From Candidatus Marinacidobacterium sp. (lineage in GTDB: Bacteria; Acidobacteriota; Vicinamibacteria; Marinacidobacterales; Marinacidobacteraceae), in contig CBDHFO010000017.1 in assembly GCA_965262645.1 (NCBI GenBank), forward strand, positions 1,252,134 to 1,316,133: 64,000 bases of DNA, in the 5' to 3' direction. Under the pieces are notes generated by a model, which had not been told where the DNA came from, searched no databases, and saw only the letters and a list, made by a program, of their open reading frames with translations. Position 1 is the stretch's first letter; each line of letters opens with the position of its first letter. This document shows positions 8,608 through 18,474 of this stretch, one piece after another. A program made the position numbers and the translations under genes.

Positions 8608-10143
8608 GTGCTGGCGGTTTCCGCGTCGTTCGTCATGGCTGGTTGCGGCGCTCCGGGGCCGGAGCTTCCCACTGGGCCGGAGGTCGTAGAACTCGACATT
8701 TCCGGAATCCACCAAGGCCTTCAGAACGGAGATTTCACCTGCGTCGATCTGGTAGCCGCCTACCTGGCGCGTATCGAAGCGTACGACCGGCAGGGTCCGG
8801 CACTGCACGCCATCGTCACCATCAATCCGGAGGCCATGACCCGTGCCCGCGAAGCCGACGCGCGCCTCGCCGCCTCCGGCCTCAGCCCGGACCGTCCGCT
8901 CGAATGCGTTCCGATGATCGTGAAGGACAACTACGACACCGCCGATCTCCCCACCACGGCGGGATCAGCATCGCTCAAGGATTCGTTGCCACCCGACGAC
9001 GCCTTCCAGGTCCGGAAAATCCGTGAGGCGGGAGCCATCGTCCTGGCCAAGTCCAACATGGCCGAGTTCGCGTTCAGTGCCTACGAGAGCCTCGGCTCGG
9101 TAGTGCCCGGGCACACCCGCAACCCATACGACCCCTACCGCGTCCCTGCCGGCTCTTCCGGCGGTACCGGGGCCGCGGTAGCGGCCAGTTTCGGCGCCGT
9201 CGGATTGGGGACCGACACCGGCAACTCCATCCGGGGCCCTTCTTCCCACAATGCGCTCTTCGGGATCCGGTCCACGATGGGCCTCACCAGCCGTGACGGA
9301 ATCGTTCCCCTGAATCTGTTCCGGGATGTCGGCGGCCCCATGGCGCGCACGGTCGAGGACGGGGTGCGGGTCTTCGATGTGTTGGCAGGACCGGACCCGG
9401 CCGATGAGGCAACCACCGGGTTCGAGCGCGAAGCCGACTATCTCCAGTACCTCGACGCCGGGATTCTGGCCGACTTCCGCATCGGGGTGGTGCGCCAGCT
9501 CAGCGATACCGAAACAGCCGACCCCGAGATCTCGGCGCTCTTCGAAGCGGCCCTGGCCGACCTCACCGAACTGGGAGCCACGATCGTTGATCCGGTTCGG
9601 ATCGAGGGGCTCGAAGCCGAGAGGTCGCTGTGGTGCAATCCCTTCCGCGCCCAGTTGGAGGCCTATCTGGGAAGCCTTGGGCCGAACGCGCCGGTAACGA
9701 CTCTTGAGGAGCTTATCGACGGCGGCGACTTCCATCCGTCGATCAGGCCCCGGCTCGCAACTGCGCTCGAGGTGGAAGGCGAGCCGGATGAGGTCTGTGC
9801 GGAAGCCAACGAACGGGCTGCGGAACTTCGGGCGGAAGTCCAAGGCCTTCTCGCGGACCAGGATCTCGACGCCCTCGCCTTCCCAACCTGGAGCAACCCG
9901 CCGCGCCTGCTGGGCGACCTGACGACTCCCGACGGAAACAACTCGCCCCAGCTCTCTCCGCCCACCGGCTTCCCCGCGGTCACCGTTCCCATGGGCTTCA
10001 CCCCCTCCGGACTTCCCGGCGGGTTGCAGTTGCTCGGGAACGCGCTCGGCGAAGGCGCGCTCTTTCGGATCTCCTACGCGTACGAGCAGGCGACCCGGCG
10101 CCGGCGACCACCGACGACGACACCGCCCCTCCAGAGTCGATAA
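8608..10143 (+). CDS. amidase-signature family amidase, probably a secreted lipoprotein
   Basis: GGSSGGTGAAVAASFGAVGLGTDTGNSIRGPSS amidase signature. The N-terminus VLAVSASFVMAGC looks like a lipobox. The start is set at the in-frame GTG at 8608 just after the F2 repeat and is uncertain (ATG at 8635 is an alternative). Confidence 0.75.
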   Translation: MLAVSASFVMAGCGAPGPELPTGPEVVELDISGIHQGLQNGDFTCVDLVAAYLARIEAYDRQGPALHAIVTINPEAMTRAREADARLAASGLSPDRPLECVPMIVKDNYDTADLPTTAGSASLKDSLPPDDAFQVRKIREAGAIVLAKSNMAEFAFSAYESLGSVVPGHTRNPYDPYRVPAGSSGGTGAAVAASFGAVGLGTDTGNSIRGPSSHNALFGIRSTMGLTSRDGIVPLNLFRDVGGPMARTVEDGVRVFDVLAGPDPADEATTGFEREADYLQYLDAGILADFRIGVVRQLSDTETADPEISALFEAALADLTELGATIVDPVRIEGLEAERSLWCNPFRAQLEAYLGSLGPNAPVTTLEELIDGGDFHPSIRPRLATALEVEGEPDEVCAEANERAAELRAEVQGLLADQDLDALAFPTWSNPPRLLGDLTTPDGNNSPQLSPPTGFPAVTVPMGFTPSGLPGGLQLLGNALGEGALFRISYAYEQATRRRRPPTTTPPLQSR

Positions 10144-10213
10144 CCCCGCAAGAGCCGAACGGCGGCGGACCGCCGAACGCCGCTAGACTCCGAGCCCCAA
10201 CGTCGAGTAGGGC

Positions 10214-10600
10214 ATGCCTATATACGAATATCGCTGCAACGACTGCGACGTAGTCTTCGAAGCCCTCCAGCGTCTCAGCGATGAACCGCTGGATGTCTGC
10301 CGGCACTGTGGTGGATCGGCCAGGAAGATCATTTCCAGCCCCGCCATCCATTTCGTAGGTAGTGGCTGGTACGTGACCGACTACGCCCGGAAAGCAGGGG
10401 AGAAAGGCGCAAACGGCAACAACGGCGCGTCCGCGAAAGGCGAGGATTCGGGTAAGACGGATTCGGAGAAGATGGATTCTGGCAAGACGGATTCGGGGAA
10501 CAGGGCCGGCAAGGAGAAGGCGGGGCAGAAGGCCGGCGCCGCAAGCGGCGCCAAGCCCTCCTCTTCCGGGAGCGAGTCGCGGGCCGGCTCGCCGTCGTAG
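10214..10600 (+). CDS. FmdB-family zinc-ribbon protein with low-complexity tail
   Basis: MPIYEYRCNDC...CRHCGG (CxxC...CxxC zinc ribbon typical of the FmdB/CxxC_CxxC_SSSS family). The tail has GKTDSEKMDSGKTDSG repeats. Confidence 0.8.
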   Translation: MPIYEYRCNDCDVVFEALQRLSDEPLDVCRHCGGSARKIISSPAIHFVGSGWYVTDYARKAGEKGANGNNGASAKGEDSGKTDSEKMDSGKTDSGNRAGKEKAGQKAGAASGAKPSSSGSESRAGSPS

Positions 10601-10613
10601 CAGCCTGGGTACC

Positions 10614-11555
10614 GTGCCCGGCAGGGCCATCACCTGGTCGGCAGTCGCATCCTTGTGGCTGGTCGCTGCTCCGGTGGCCGCCGCGCCGGCGCAGGCCGGA
10701 CGGGCGGCCGCGCGCGAGTGCGAAACCGCGATGCAGGCGTCCGCCTGGGACGGCGCAGTAACCCATTGCGAGGCCGCGATTCGGGCACTTCCGGACACGT
10801 ACGGCATTCACTACTTCCTCGGCCTTGCCTATCAGGCGAAACAGGCATGGAATGAGGCGGCGACCGCATTCGAATCCTTCGTTGCGGCGGCCGAAGCGGA
10901 GCCGGAGGGGGAAGCTCGGCTGGCCGAGCAGATCAGCACCGCCGTCCGCGGAGCCGCAATCGCGCGGTTTCGCGCCGCCGACCGTGAACTGGCAATGCCC
11001 CTGCTCCGGCGGGCCGCCGAAGCCGACCCGGGGGACGCCGAAGTGGCCTTTCTTCTCGGTGTCGGACTCCTGGAAGAGGGTGACCGCACAGGTGCGGAGG
11101 CCGCTTTTTCGGTCGTGGCGCGGGAAGCACCCCAGATCAGCCAGGCCCTCTTCTTTCTGGGACAACTCCGCTACGACTCCGGAGACTACGAAACGGCGCG
11201 GGCCCACCTCGCCGGGTATCTGGCGGCCGCTCCTGACGGGCCATTCCGCGCCGACGCCCACTGGATGGCGGGTTCCATGGCGCTCCGGAGTTCAGAGTCC
11301 GAGGCGGCGGATGCCGGCGCCACGGAGGACGAAGCCCTACTTCACTTCGCCGCATTTCTCGAAATCGAACCGGAGAGCGCCCGGGCCGCGGTTGCCCACT
11401 ACTTCATCGGCACGATCGCCGCCGATCGCGAAGAGTGCGATCAAGCCCGTCGCCACTATCAGGACTTCCTCAGAATCGCGCCGGAGCACGAGCGCGCCTC
11501 GGAGGTGCAGCGCTATCTGGAGGAGGATTTGGCACTCTGCAGCGCGCCCGGATAA
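10614..11555 (+). CDS. secreted TPR-repeat protein, paralogue 1 of 3
   Basis: Signal-like N-terminus (WSAVASLWLVAAPVAAAPAQA). TPR-like helices. Shares conserved Cys positions and block order with 11690..12745 and 12965..14062. GTG start. Confidence 0.65.
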   Translation: MPGRAITWSAVASLWLVAAPVAAAPAQAGRAAARECETAMQASAWDGAVTHCEAAIRALPDTYGIHYFLGLAYQAKQAWNEAATAFESFVAAAEAEPEGEARLAEQISTAVRGAAIARFRAADRELAMPLLRRAAEADPGDAEVAFLLGVGLLEEGDRTGAEAAFSVVAREAPQISQALFFLGQLRYDSGDYETARAHLAGYLAAAPDGPFRADAHWMAGSMALRSSESEAADAGATEDEALLHFAAFLEIEPESARAAVAHYFIGTIAADREECDQARRHYQDFLRIAPEHERASEVQRYLEEDLALCSAPG

Positions 11556-11689
11556 CCGGCGCCCTGAGCAAAACGCTCCAAGACTTCCCTCCGGCTGTGC
11601 TAGTTTCCTACACTTCGCGCGGGCCACGCTCGTCGAGTCGAAGCGCACATGACGAAGCGGTCGCCAGATCAGGCAAGGAGACTTCCGCC

Positions 11690-12745
11690 ATGCACACCCG
11701 ATTTCTGACTCTTTCCCTGGTCCTCATCGTTGGCGTCATCGCGGGAGGGGCCCGCGAAGCCGCGGCCCAGGATGTGGACCCGCAGAAGGCGACCGCCTGC
11801 ATGCAGGCGGTGGACAGCGCGAACTACGAGCAGGTCCTCGCCGCCTGCCCCGAGGTGGTCAACGCGCTCCCGGAGGATCACCCGTACTACGCCCACTGGT
11901 CGCAAACCGTGCAGTACGCGTACAGCCTCCAGTGCCAACCGGCGTTCGCTGCGCAGCAGTGGGACAGCGTCATCGCGTACTGCCAGATGGCGATCGAGGC
12001 GAACCCCGGGGCGTTCATCATGAACTACTTCCTCGGTGTCGCCCACCAGACGAAGCAGGACTGGGTGAACACCGCGGTCAATTTCCAGGCGTTCCTGAAC
12101 GGGGTCCAGGGGAATTCCGAGGCAGCGTCGCAACTGGCCCAGCAGATCACCATCGCGCAGCGGTCGGGCGGCATCGCCTTCGCCCGCGAGAACGCCGCCC
12201 AGGACGCCATTCCGCTCCTCCAGGCGGCAGCGAGGGCCAACCCGAAGGATGTCGAAGTGCATTTCCGTCTCGGACGCGCGCTCTTGGCGACCGGGGAAGA
12301 AGCAGGCGCCGAACGCGCACTCTCGGTCTATATCGCGGAGGCTCCGAACCCGGTCCCGGGGATCGTTTTCCTGGCCGGCCAGCTCAATTTCAACGCTGGC
12401 GACTACGCCAGGGCCGACGAACGGCTGAGCGCCTTCCTGGTCGCCGAGCCGAACGGCAGGGGCGCCCCGGAAGCCCACTACATGCTGGCGCTAGCGCATC
12501 AAGACTCCGATGAGGATCGCGCCATCACCCACTACCGGGGCTTCCTCGACGGCGCCGCCACGGGCGATCCGCGGCTTCCGGATGTCAACTACGCTCTCGG
12601 CACCATGTACTTCAATCGCGACGACTGCGGAAACGCCGAGCAGCACTACCAGGCGCTGATAGAACTGGCTCCGGATCACGGCAACGCCGCCCAGGTAACC
12701 GAGATTCTGGCGTCGATCGCTGAAGGCGGCTGCCAGGGAGACTGA
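11690..12745 (+). CDS. secreted TPR-repeat protein, paralogue 2 of 3
   Basis: ATG at 11690 preceded by AAGGAG. Signal peptide MHTRFLTLSLVLIVGVIAGGAREAAAQ. Blocks such as NYFLGVAHQTKQDW, EVHFRLGRALL and a C-terminal ...GGCQGD parallel the neighbours. Confidence 0.7.
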   Translation: MHTRFLTLSLVLIVGVIAGGAREAAAQDVDPQKATACMQAVDSANYEQVLAACPEVVNALPEDHPYYAHWSQTVQYAYSLQCQPAFAAQQWDSVIAYCQMAIEANPGAFIMNYFLGVAHQTKQDWVNTAVNFQAFLNGVQGNSEAASQLAQQITIAQRSGGIAFARENAAQDAIPLLQAAARANPKDVEVHFRLGRALLATGEEAGAERALSVYIAEAPNPVPGIVFLAGQLNFNAGDYARADERLSAFLVAEPNGRGAPEAHYMLALAHQDSDEDRAITHYRGFLDGAATGDPRLPDVNYALGTMYFNRDDCGNAEQHYQALIELAPDHGNAAQVTEILASIAEGGCQGD

Positions 12746-12964
12746 GCCTCCGACGGCCCCGCCGCGGGTCATCCCGACAGGCTCCGGCCTGACCCAGATT
12801 GGGGTGACAGGTGACTGATCGACCTTTCTTTCTTGGCTTTTGCCACCCGTACGGGTGTCCTGTGCTAGGCTGCTTCGTTCCATTCACGGGGGCGGGGTAT
12901 TGAGGGTGATAGCCCCGGTCACGGCTGGCCGGAACGCCCTTCCCGACCTCAAGGAGATTCTGTT

Positions 12965-14062
12965 ATGCCACTTCAGAGCAACCTCGGACTCCCCCTTCTG
13001 TTCGCTGCGACGCTCGCCTTCCCCGGTCTTGCGCTTTCTGCGACCGCGTCCCACCCCTTGGTGCAAGACGATCCGGACGCAGCGTGCGACGCCGCGATCG
13101 AGAGCCAGGTTTGGGAAGACGTCATCGCGGCCTGCGAACCGCTGCTCTCCGTTCACGACGAGAGTCATTCTTCGTGGGAGTTCTACAAAGAGAACGTGGA
13201 ATACGCCCACACGAGCATCAACTACGCCAACCAGACGCAGTGCGTAGAGTCGGCGGAGGCTGCGGCCTGGGACACCACCCTCACCGCCTGCCCGGCAACC
13301 CTTGAGGTCAATCCCGACTTTTTCGCTGGCCATCTCTTCCTCGGCTTCGCCCATCAGGCGAAGGGAAACGCGACGGAAGCCATGAGTTCGTTCGAAAAGT
13401 TTCTTGCCGGCACCGATACAAATCCGGAAATGGCGGCCCAACTCGGCGATCAGATCGCCATGGCCCGACGCAATGTCGCGCTTGGCCGCAGCGAGTCGGG
13501 GGACCGGGCAGCGGCGATCCCGTTGCTTCGCCAGGTAGCCGCCGCCGATCCCACCGACGTGGAAATCCACTTTCGTCTTGGATTCGCGCTGCTCCAGGAG
13601 GAGGACACCGCGGGAGCCGAGGAAGCCTTCTCGGTCGTCATCGCGCAGAATCCGGACATTCCCCAGTTGTCCCAAGTGCTCTACCGGGCCGCCTCGATCA
13701 ACTTCAACGCTCGGGACTACGACAAGGCGGGGCCACGCCTTACCGGCTACCTCGAGGCTGAACCCGAAGGGGAATACGTCACCGAAGCCCATTGGATGCT
13801 GGGTTTCATCGCGCAGCTGGCCCAAGACCAGAGGGGCGTGATGCGCCACTACGGCGTCGCGCTCCAGGCCGCTCCCAACGATCCCCGGGCGAAGGAGGCC
13901 AATTACTCGCTGGGCGTGATCACCTTCAACGGGGGCCAGTGCAACACCGCGCAGCGCTACTTCAACGCCTTCCTGAGGCTCGCGGGTAACGACTCGAGAC
14001 GTGCGGATGTCGACGACATGATCCTCGATATCGAGGACGGCGTCTGCGAAGGCGGAGCCTGA
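12965..14062 (+). CDS. secreted TPR-repeat protein, paralogue 3 of 3
   Basis: Signal peptide MPLQSNLGLPLLFAATLAFPGLALSA. HLFLGFAHQAKGN, EIHFRLGFALL and a C-terminal ...DGVCEGGA parallel the two upstream genes. Confidence 0.7.
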   Translation: MPLQSNLGLPLLFAATLAFPGLALSATASHPLVQDDPDAACDAAIESQVWEDVIAACEPLLSVHDESHSSWEFYKENVEYAHTSINYANQTQCVESAEAAAWDTTLTACPATLEVNPDFFAGHLFLGFAHQAKGNATEAMSSFEKFLAGTDTNPEMAAQLGDQIAMARRNVALGRSESGDRAAAIPLLRQVAAADPTDVEIHFRLGFALLQEEDTAGAEEAFSVVIAQNPDIPQLSQVLYRAASINFNARDYDKAGPRLTGYLEAEPEGEYVTEAHWMLGFIAQLAQDQRGVMRHYGVALQAAPNDPRAKEANYSLGVITFNGGQCNTAQRYFNAFLRLAGNDSRRADVDDMILDIEDGVCEGGA

Positions 14063-14087
14063 AGCTCCCGCGGGGTCAGATCCGCTC

Positions 14088-14292
14088 TTAACAGCCGGTG
14101 GCAAAACCCACGCGGCGTTCGGCGCGGGCTGCATCCCGGCTGAACCACTCCGCTTCGCTGCGTTCTGCGTTGCGTTTCGGTCGGAATACACCCGGGCCAG
14201 TTCTCCCGGTGGGGGCTCCTCCCTCACGCGCCTTGTCAGCCGGGCGCTTCCCGCACCTCGGCGCTCACGGGGGTTTCACCACCGGCTGTTAA
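14088..14292 (-). repeat. F1 hairpin repeat, copy 5, reverse orientation
   Basis: TTAACAGCCGGTGG...GCGTTGCGTTTCGGTCGGAATACACCCGGGCCAGTTCTCCCGGTGGGGGCTCCTCCCTCACGCGCCTTGTCAGCCGGG...CCACCGGCTGTTAA. Perfect 14-bp terminal inverted repeat. Inner arm mismatches are G-T only in the forward sense. Confidence 0.9.
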
Positions 14293-14747
14293 CCCGCCCC
14301 CACCGGCTCGCGCAGGTAGCGCGGCAGCAGCGGTGGATCCATGAACGCGATCCGTTGCCGTTCCACAAGCCAGATCCGGGCGAGGAGAAGGTTCAGGTAG
14401 CGCAGCTCTTCCAGCGAGTACCGAACCTCGCCCTGCTCGTAGCGTCGCAGCCAGTGGCCCGGCAGCTCCCTCGCGATCTCGTACCAGAGACCATCCACGG
14501 CGGCGGTCGCCGTCCGCGCCGTCTCAACCGTGTGCGCCACCAGGTAGAGCACCGAGTCCGGTTCCAGGAGACGGCTGCTGGCTGCCACCGAGCGTATCCC
14601 GCGGAGGAGATAGACCAGGCACCACCGCACCTCCGGGGTCAGTGACTGCGGGTCCGCGAGCATTCGCGGTGCGAGAAACGCTGCCGCTCCCTGTTCGTCG
14701 TCGAAGAGCAACCGGTAAAGCTCGGTGCGGAGGGCGTCTCTCGGCAT
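14289..14747 (-). CDS. hypothetical protein (152 aa)
   Basis: Good G/C third-position bias. Starts 16 nt after the stop of the FG-GAP/ASPIC gene. No motif I recognise. Its TAA stop is the TTAA terminus of F1 copy 5. Confidence 0.5.
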   Translation of the reverse strand: MPRDALRTELYRLLFDDEQGAAAFLAPRMLADPQSLTPEVRWCLVYLLRGIRSVAASSRLLEPDSVLYLVAHTVETARTATAAVDGLWYEIARELPGHWLRRYEQGEVRYSLEELRYLNLLLARIWLVERQRIAFMDPPLLPRYLREPVGAG

Positions 14748-14762
14748 GACCCAAACGATTGT

Positions 14763-17700
14763 TCAGCGACGTCGCTCCCGGCTGCCGCCAGCGGGCGGGA
14801 CGGGAGCGCCGGTCGTCACGCCCGGCGGCTCACCGTCGTCCAGGAATCCGTGCCGCCCCTCGGGGCCGATACGCCGGGTGTTGTATTCGGCCCGCCAGCG
14901 CGCCAACTCTTCGGAATCCGGATAGACCTCTTCGGGATACGGGTAGCTGGGCATCCCGTGGAAGGGGAGGGGCCCGACGGTGTGGGGCCGGGCGGAGTTC
15001 AGGTCCATGTCCTTCCCGAATCCATCAGCGAATGCAAAGAACGTGCGTCGGGTTCCGGGGGCCGTCGGCGGGAGTTGCTGCGCGTCGAAGCGGAGCCGTA
15101 GTTCGTCTCCGTGCCGGGCGATCACGTAGCGGTCGTCTATCTCAGCGAGGAGCGGCAGCACATCCCCGTAGCGGGTGTAATCCCCCTCGTGGGCGCCCCA
15201 GATGTCCCGGGCGGCGCGAGTCGCGTATCGGTATTCGGTGGGAGGGATTCCGCGTGGGCGATGGGGTTCGGGATATCCCGCGAAGCCGAACTCAGCGCTC
15301 GCGGCGTCCAGTCGCCACTCCTGAATCGAGGTCTCGGCGACCTCGGCAAGTTCGATTCGATCCCAGTAGATCCGCATGTTGGTCCGGATCCGGAGCGGGC
15401 GTCCGCTCTCCACCGCGGCATCCTCGAGCGGCACCACCATCGTCTTGGGCAGACCCGCCGGGAATCCCATTCGGTCCACGGCCATCCGGAACCCGCCGTC
15501 TTCGGCAACCTCGAGGACCGGAGGCTGGCTCCGGACGCCCGCCTGGGAGGCCGCGAGATTGGAACTGGAATCCGCGTAGTCCACCCATCCGTAGAGGAGG
15601 AGGACGTGCTGAACGCCGGGGCGCACCTCATCGAAGGTCAGCGTCAGTGCGTGGGGTTCCGCGTATCCCTTGAACGGGAGCAAGGCGAAATCGTCCACAT
15701 AGTCCCGATCCACGCGCGAGAGCGCCGCCGTCACGTCCCGTCCGCCTCCAGTCTTGCTGGACGAGGACGCGGCGGTGGGAGCGCGCCGGTTGCTTACTGC
15801 GATCAGCCCCGGCTCCGGGTATGGCGGGCCCGGCATGAGGCGTTCCTCCGGGAAGACGTCCACCTCCTCCGGATGGTCCGCCACCCAGAGTGCCGCGCGA
15901 TCGTAGAAGATGACCTCCTCAAGCTGGTTTACCCAGCGCATCTCGAACGCCCCGTTCCGCGGAACCAGCGGGAACGCTTCAATCTTCACGACTTCGGCAG
16001 TATCCGGGAAGTTGTGGGTTCCGGGAGCGAGGAGGTTTCCGAGAGCGCTGCCGCCAAGAAAGTCGGTGACGAAGCGGATCCGTTCCCCATCCCACGCGTA
16101 GAGGACGGGACACGAGGTGCCCTTGCGGTTCAGCTCCTCCACCGACGCAACCGCCTGCGCCGGAACGTCGAGCTCTACCTGTTTCACGCCTCCCGGCCAG
16201 AGGAACCGGACATAGTCGGCAGCCAGCGCATCCCCCAGCCCGAAATGCACGGGAAGATCGTTCTGCGACAGGTAACCCGAGGTCGTCTGCACCTGACGGC
16301 GCTGGCTGACCCCGGAAACCCGGACCTCTATCTTGGTGCCGACGCCATCGAGATTGCTGCGCAGGCCCCGCGGGCTCACCGCCATCCAGTTTCCGGCGCC
16401 CGTCTGAGTGTTCTGGAAGGCAAGGACGCGGCCTCGCGTCGTGCCGATCACCGCGTCGAGGTCACCGTCACCGTCCAGGTCACCGGTCGCCAGCGCCCTC
16501 GCTTCTTCTCCCGATGCAAGCCCGTCGCCGAACGTTCCGGCGCGTGAGAATCCGGCAGCCGTGTTCTCGTAGAAGGTCAGAGGCGCTCCGGCGCCGGCAG
16601 TGACCATCAGGAGGTCCAGATCCATGTCATGGTCGGCGTCGAGGAAGGAGACGCCGTAGCGAGCCCCCGGAACGCCGGCGCGGAGCAGGAACGGAGACCC
16701 GATGTCCGGAGAAAAACCGCCAGGTCCGGATCCCCGCAGCAGCAGGTTGAGAGCGTTTCCCTCGGCTGAGAGCAGAAGGTCGAAGAAGCCATCCCGGTCG
16801 TAGTCGGCGGCCGCGGCGCCCCGCATCCGGGAAGCCGTTTCGACGCCCCATGCCTCGGAGCTCTCGGTAAAGGTCCCGACTCGATCATTCGAAAAGACCT
16901 GCACGGGGCTGCCGTCATTCACCACCAGGAAGTCGACATCCCGGTCGTCATCCCAGTCCGCGAACAGCGCGAAGAGGCTGCGCCGGGCTCCGCCGGCAGT
17001 CCGGGTTTCCTCGGCTACATCCGTGAAATTCCCGCTGCCGTCATTCCGATAGAGGCGGTTCGGAGCACCTGGTAGATCATCCGGAACGCGAAGCACCTCC
17101 GGAACCCCATCGAACCCGTCCAGCGAAGAAGGGGCGTAGTTGGACACCTGGAGATCGAGATCGCCGTCATGGTCGAAGTCAGCGAAAGTGGCGCCCACCG
17201 AAACGTCGTCTCCCTCAGCTCCCGAAGCCTCCGCCGGAACGAAGAGCGGTCCGGTCTCGCCCGACTGGTTGAGGAGCAGCGTGTTGGGCCCGACGCCCGC
17301 GACATAGAGGTCCGGATCCCCATCGAGGTCCACATCACCCACGGTCACGCTGACCGCCCCGCCGACCTCGAGTCCGGCGTTCTCCCAGACTTCAAAGCCA
17401 GCTCCCGTGTTGCGAAACAGGACAACCGTCCCGTTCCGCACGAAGAGGATTTCCGGCCTCCCGTCTCGGTCGAGATCCCGTATCGCGACCCCGGAGCCGA
17501 GTTGAGGCAGCAGGTGCCGCGCCACCCAATCGGTCGAATAGTCCTCCATCCGGAGGGTCCGAGGCGGTTCGGGAGTCCGGTCCAGAGGAGGCAGCGCGAG
17601 GTCCCACTCGGCGGTGGATTCCGAGAAACCGGCCGCACCCTGGGTAACGGGCTCGTTCTGTCCGCCATGCAGCGGAACCGGGCGCTCTTCGACGGCTTCT

Positions 17701-18359
17701 GCGTAGGGCCCCAGCTCGGTGTACTGGAGCCCCGCCGAGACGCCGCCTCCCGAAAAGCTGTTCTTCAGTTCCTGGAACCGCATCAACTGGGCACGGCCCT
17801 CGTCCCGACGGCCCGCCCGAACGAGCACGTTCCCCAAGCTGAAGTGGGCTGATTCGTGCTCCGGCTGAAGCCGGATGGCGGTGCGCAGCGCGGTCTCGGC
17901 CTCCTCGAGACGACCGGCAGCGGCGTAGGCGGCGCCCAGGTAGTACTGCGTCATGGCGTCGTCGGGATCGGCCTCGGCGACACGCCGGAAGGCGGTCAGC
18001 GCCGCCTCGGTATTGCCCTCGAGCTTCTCGATGAGACCCAGGTTGTACCGCGCGTGAAGCCCAGCGGGATCGAGATCACGGGCCCGAGCGAAGGAATCGC
18101 GAGCCGCTGCGAAGTCACGCTCGTTGAACCACGCAATTCCGAGATTCACGTGGGCGGCTGCCGACTCCGGTCGAAGCTCCACCACCCTCTCGAACTCGGC
18201 GGCCGCATCCGAGAACCGAAACTGCTCGAGTAGCGCTACCCCACGACTCATTCTGGCGGCCGCTTCCTGCCCGGGTGTCTGGGCGCCAACAGCGCAAAGG
18301 GCAACGGCCGCCGCCAGGAGCAGAAGCCGGCGACGGTGGGGCTGGATCCTCCGATTCAT
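14763..18359 (-). CDS. secreted TPR + FG-GAP/VCBS repeat + ASPIC/UnbV-like protein (CRTAC1-like) with long C-terminal extension
   Basis: Signal peptide MNRRIQPHRRRLLLLAAAVALCAVGAQ, then TPR helices. Repeated D.D.DGD.D calcium-binding FG-GAP/VCBS units follow, then GVG..IEV...G..Q...V....GYLSQND (ASPIC/UnbV-like). I use the ATG at 18359 rather than the ORF top at 18476. Confidence 0.7.
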   Translation of the reverse strand: MNRRIQPHRRRLLLLAAAVALCAVGAQTPGQEAAARMSRGVALLEQFRFSDAAAEFERVVELRPESAAAHVNLGIAWFNERDFAAARDSFARARDLDPAGLHARYNLGLIEKLEGNTEAALTAFRRVAEADPDDAMTQYYLGAAYAAAGRLEEAETALRTAIRLQPEHESAHFSLGNVLVRAGRRDEGRAQLMRFQELKNSFSGGGVSAGLQYTELGPYAEAVEERPVPLHGGQNEPVTQGAAGFSESTAEWDLALPPLDRTPEPPRTLRMEDYSTDWVARHLLPQLGSGVAIRDLDRDGRPEILFVRNGTVVLFRNTGAGFEVWENAGLEVGGAVSVTVGDVDLDGDPDLYVAGVGPNTLLLNQSGETGPLFVPAEASGAEGDDVSVGATFADFDHDGDLDLQVSNYAPSSLDGFDGVPEVLRVPDDLPGAPNRLYRNDGSGNFTDVAEETRTAGGARRSLFALFADWDDDRDVDFLVVNDGSPVQVFSNDRVGTFTESSEAWGVETASRMRGAAAADYDRDGFFDLLLSAEGNALNLLLRGSGPGGFSPDIGSPFLLRAGVPGARYGVSFLDADHDMDLDLLMVTAGAGAPLTFYENTAAGFSRAGTFGDGLASGEEARALATGDLDGDGDLDAVIGTTRGRVLAFQNTQTGAGNWMAVSPRGLRSNLDGVGTKIEVRVSGVSQRRQVQTTSGYLSQNDLPVHFGLGDALAADYVRFLWPGGVKQVELDVPAQAVASVEELNRKGTSCPVLYAWDGERIRFVTDFLGGSALGNLLAPGTHNFPDTAEVVKIEAFPLVPRNGAFEMRWVNQLEEVIFYDRAALWVADHPEEVDVFPEERLMPGPPYPEPGLIAVSNRRAPTAASSSSKTGGGRDVTAALSRVDRDYVDDFALLPFKGYAEPHALTLTFDEVRPGVQHVLLLYGWVDYADSSSNLAASQAGVRSQPPVLEVAEDGGFRMAVDRMGFPAGLPKTMVVPLEDAAVESGRPLRIRTNMRIYWDRIELAEVAETSIQEWRLDAASAEFGFAGYPEPHRPRGIPPTEYRYATRAARDIWGAHEGDYTRYGDVLPLLAEIDDRYVIARHGDELRLRFDAQQLPPTAPGTRRTFFAFADGFGKDMDLNSARPHTVGPLPFHGMPSYPYPEEVYPDSEELARWRAEYNTRRIGPEGRHGFLDDGEPPGVTTGAPVPPAGGSRERRR

Positions 18360-18474
18360 GGACTCCGCATTATGACCAACCCTGATGGGTTCCAGCGGGC
18401 GGAGGCAGTTTCCACGGTCATCCTGAAACCCGGCCGGAAGGCCGTTCCCCGCGATACGGTTCTCCGCGGAAACC

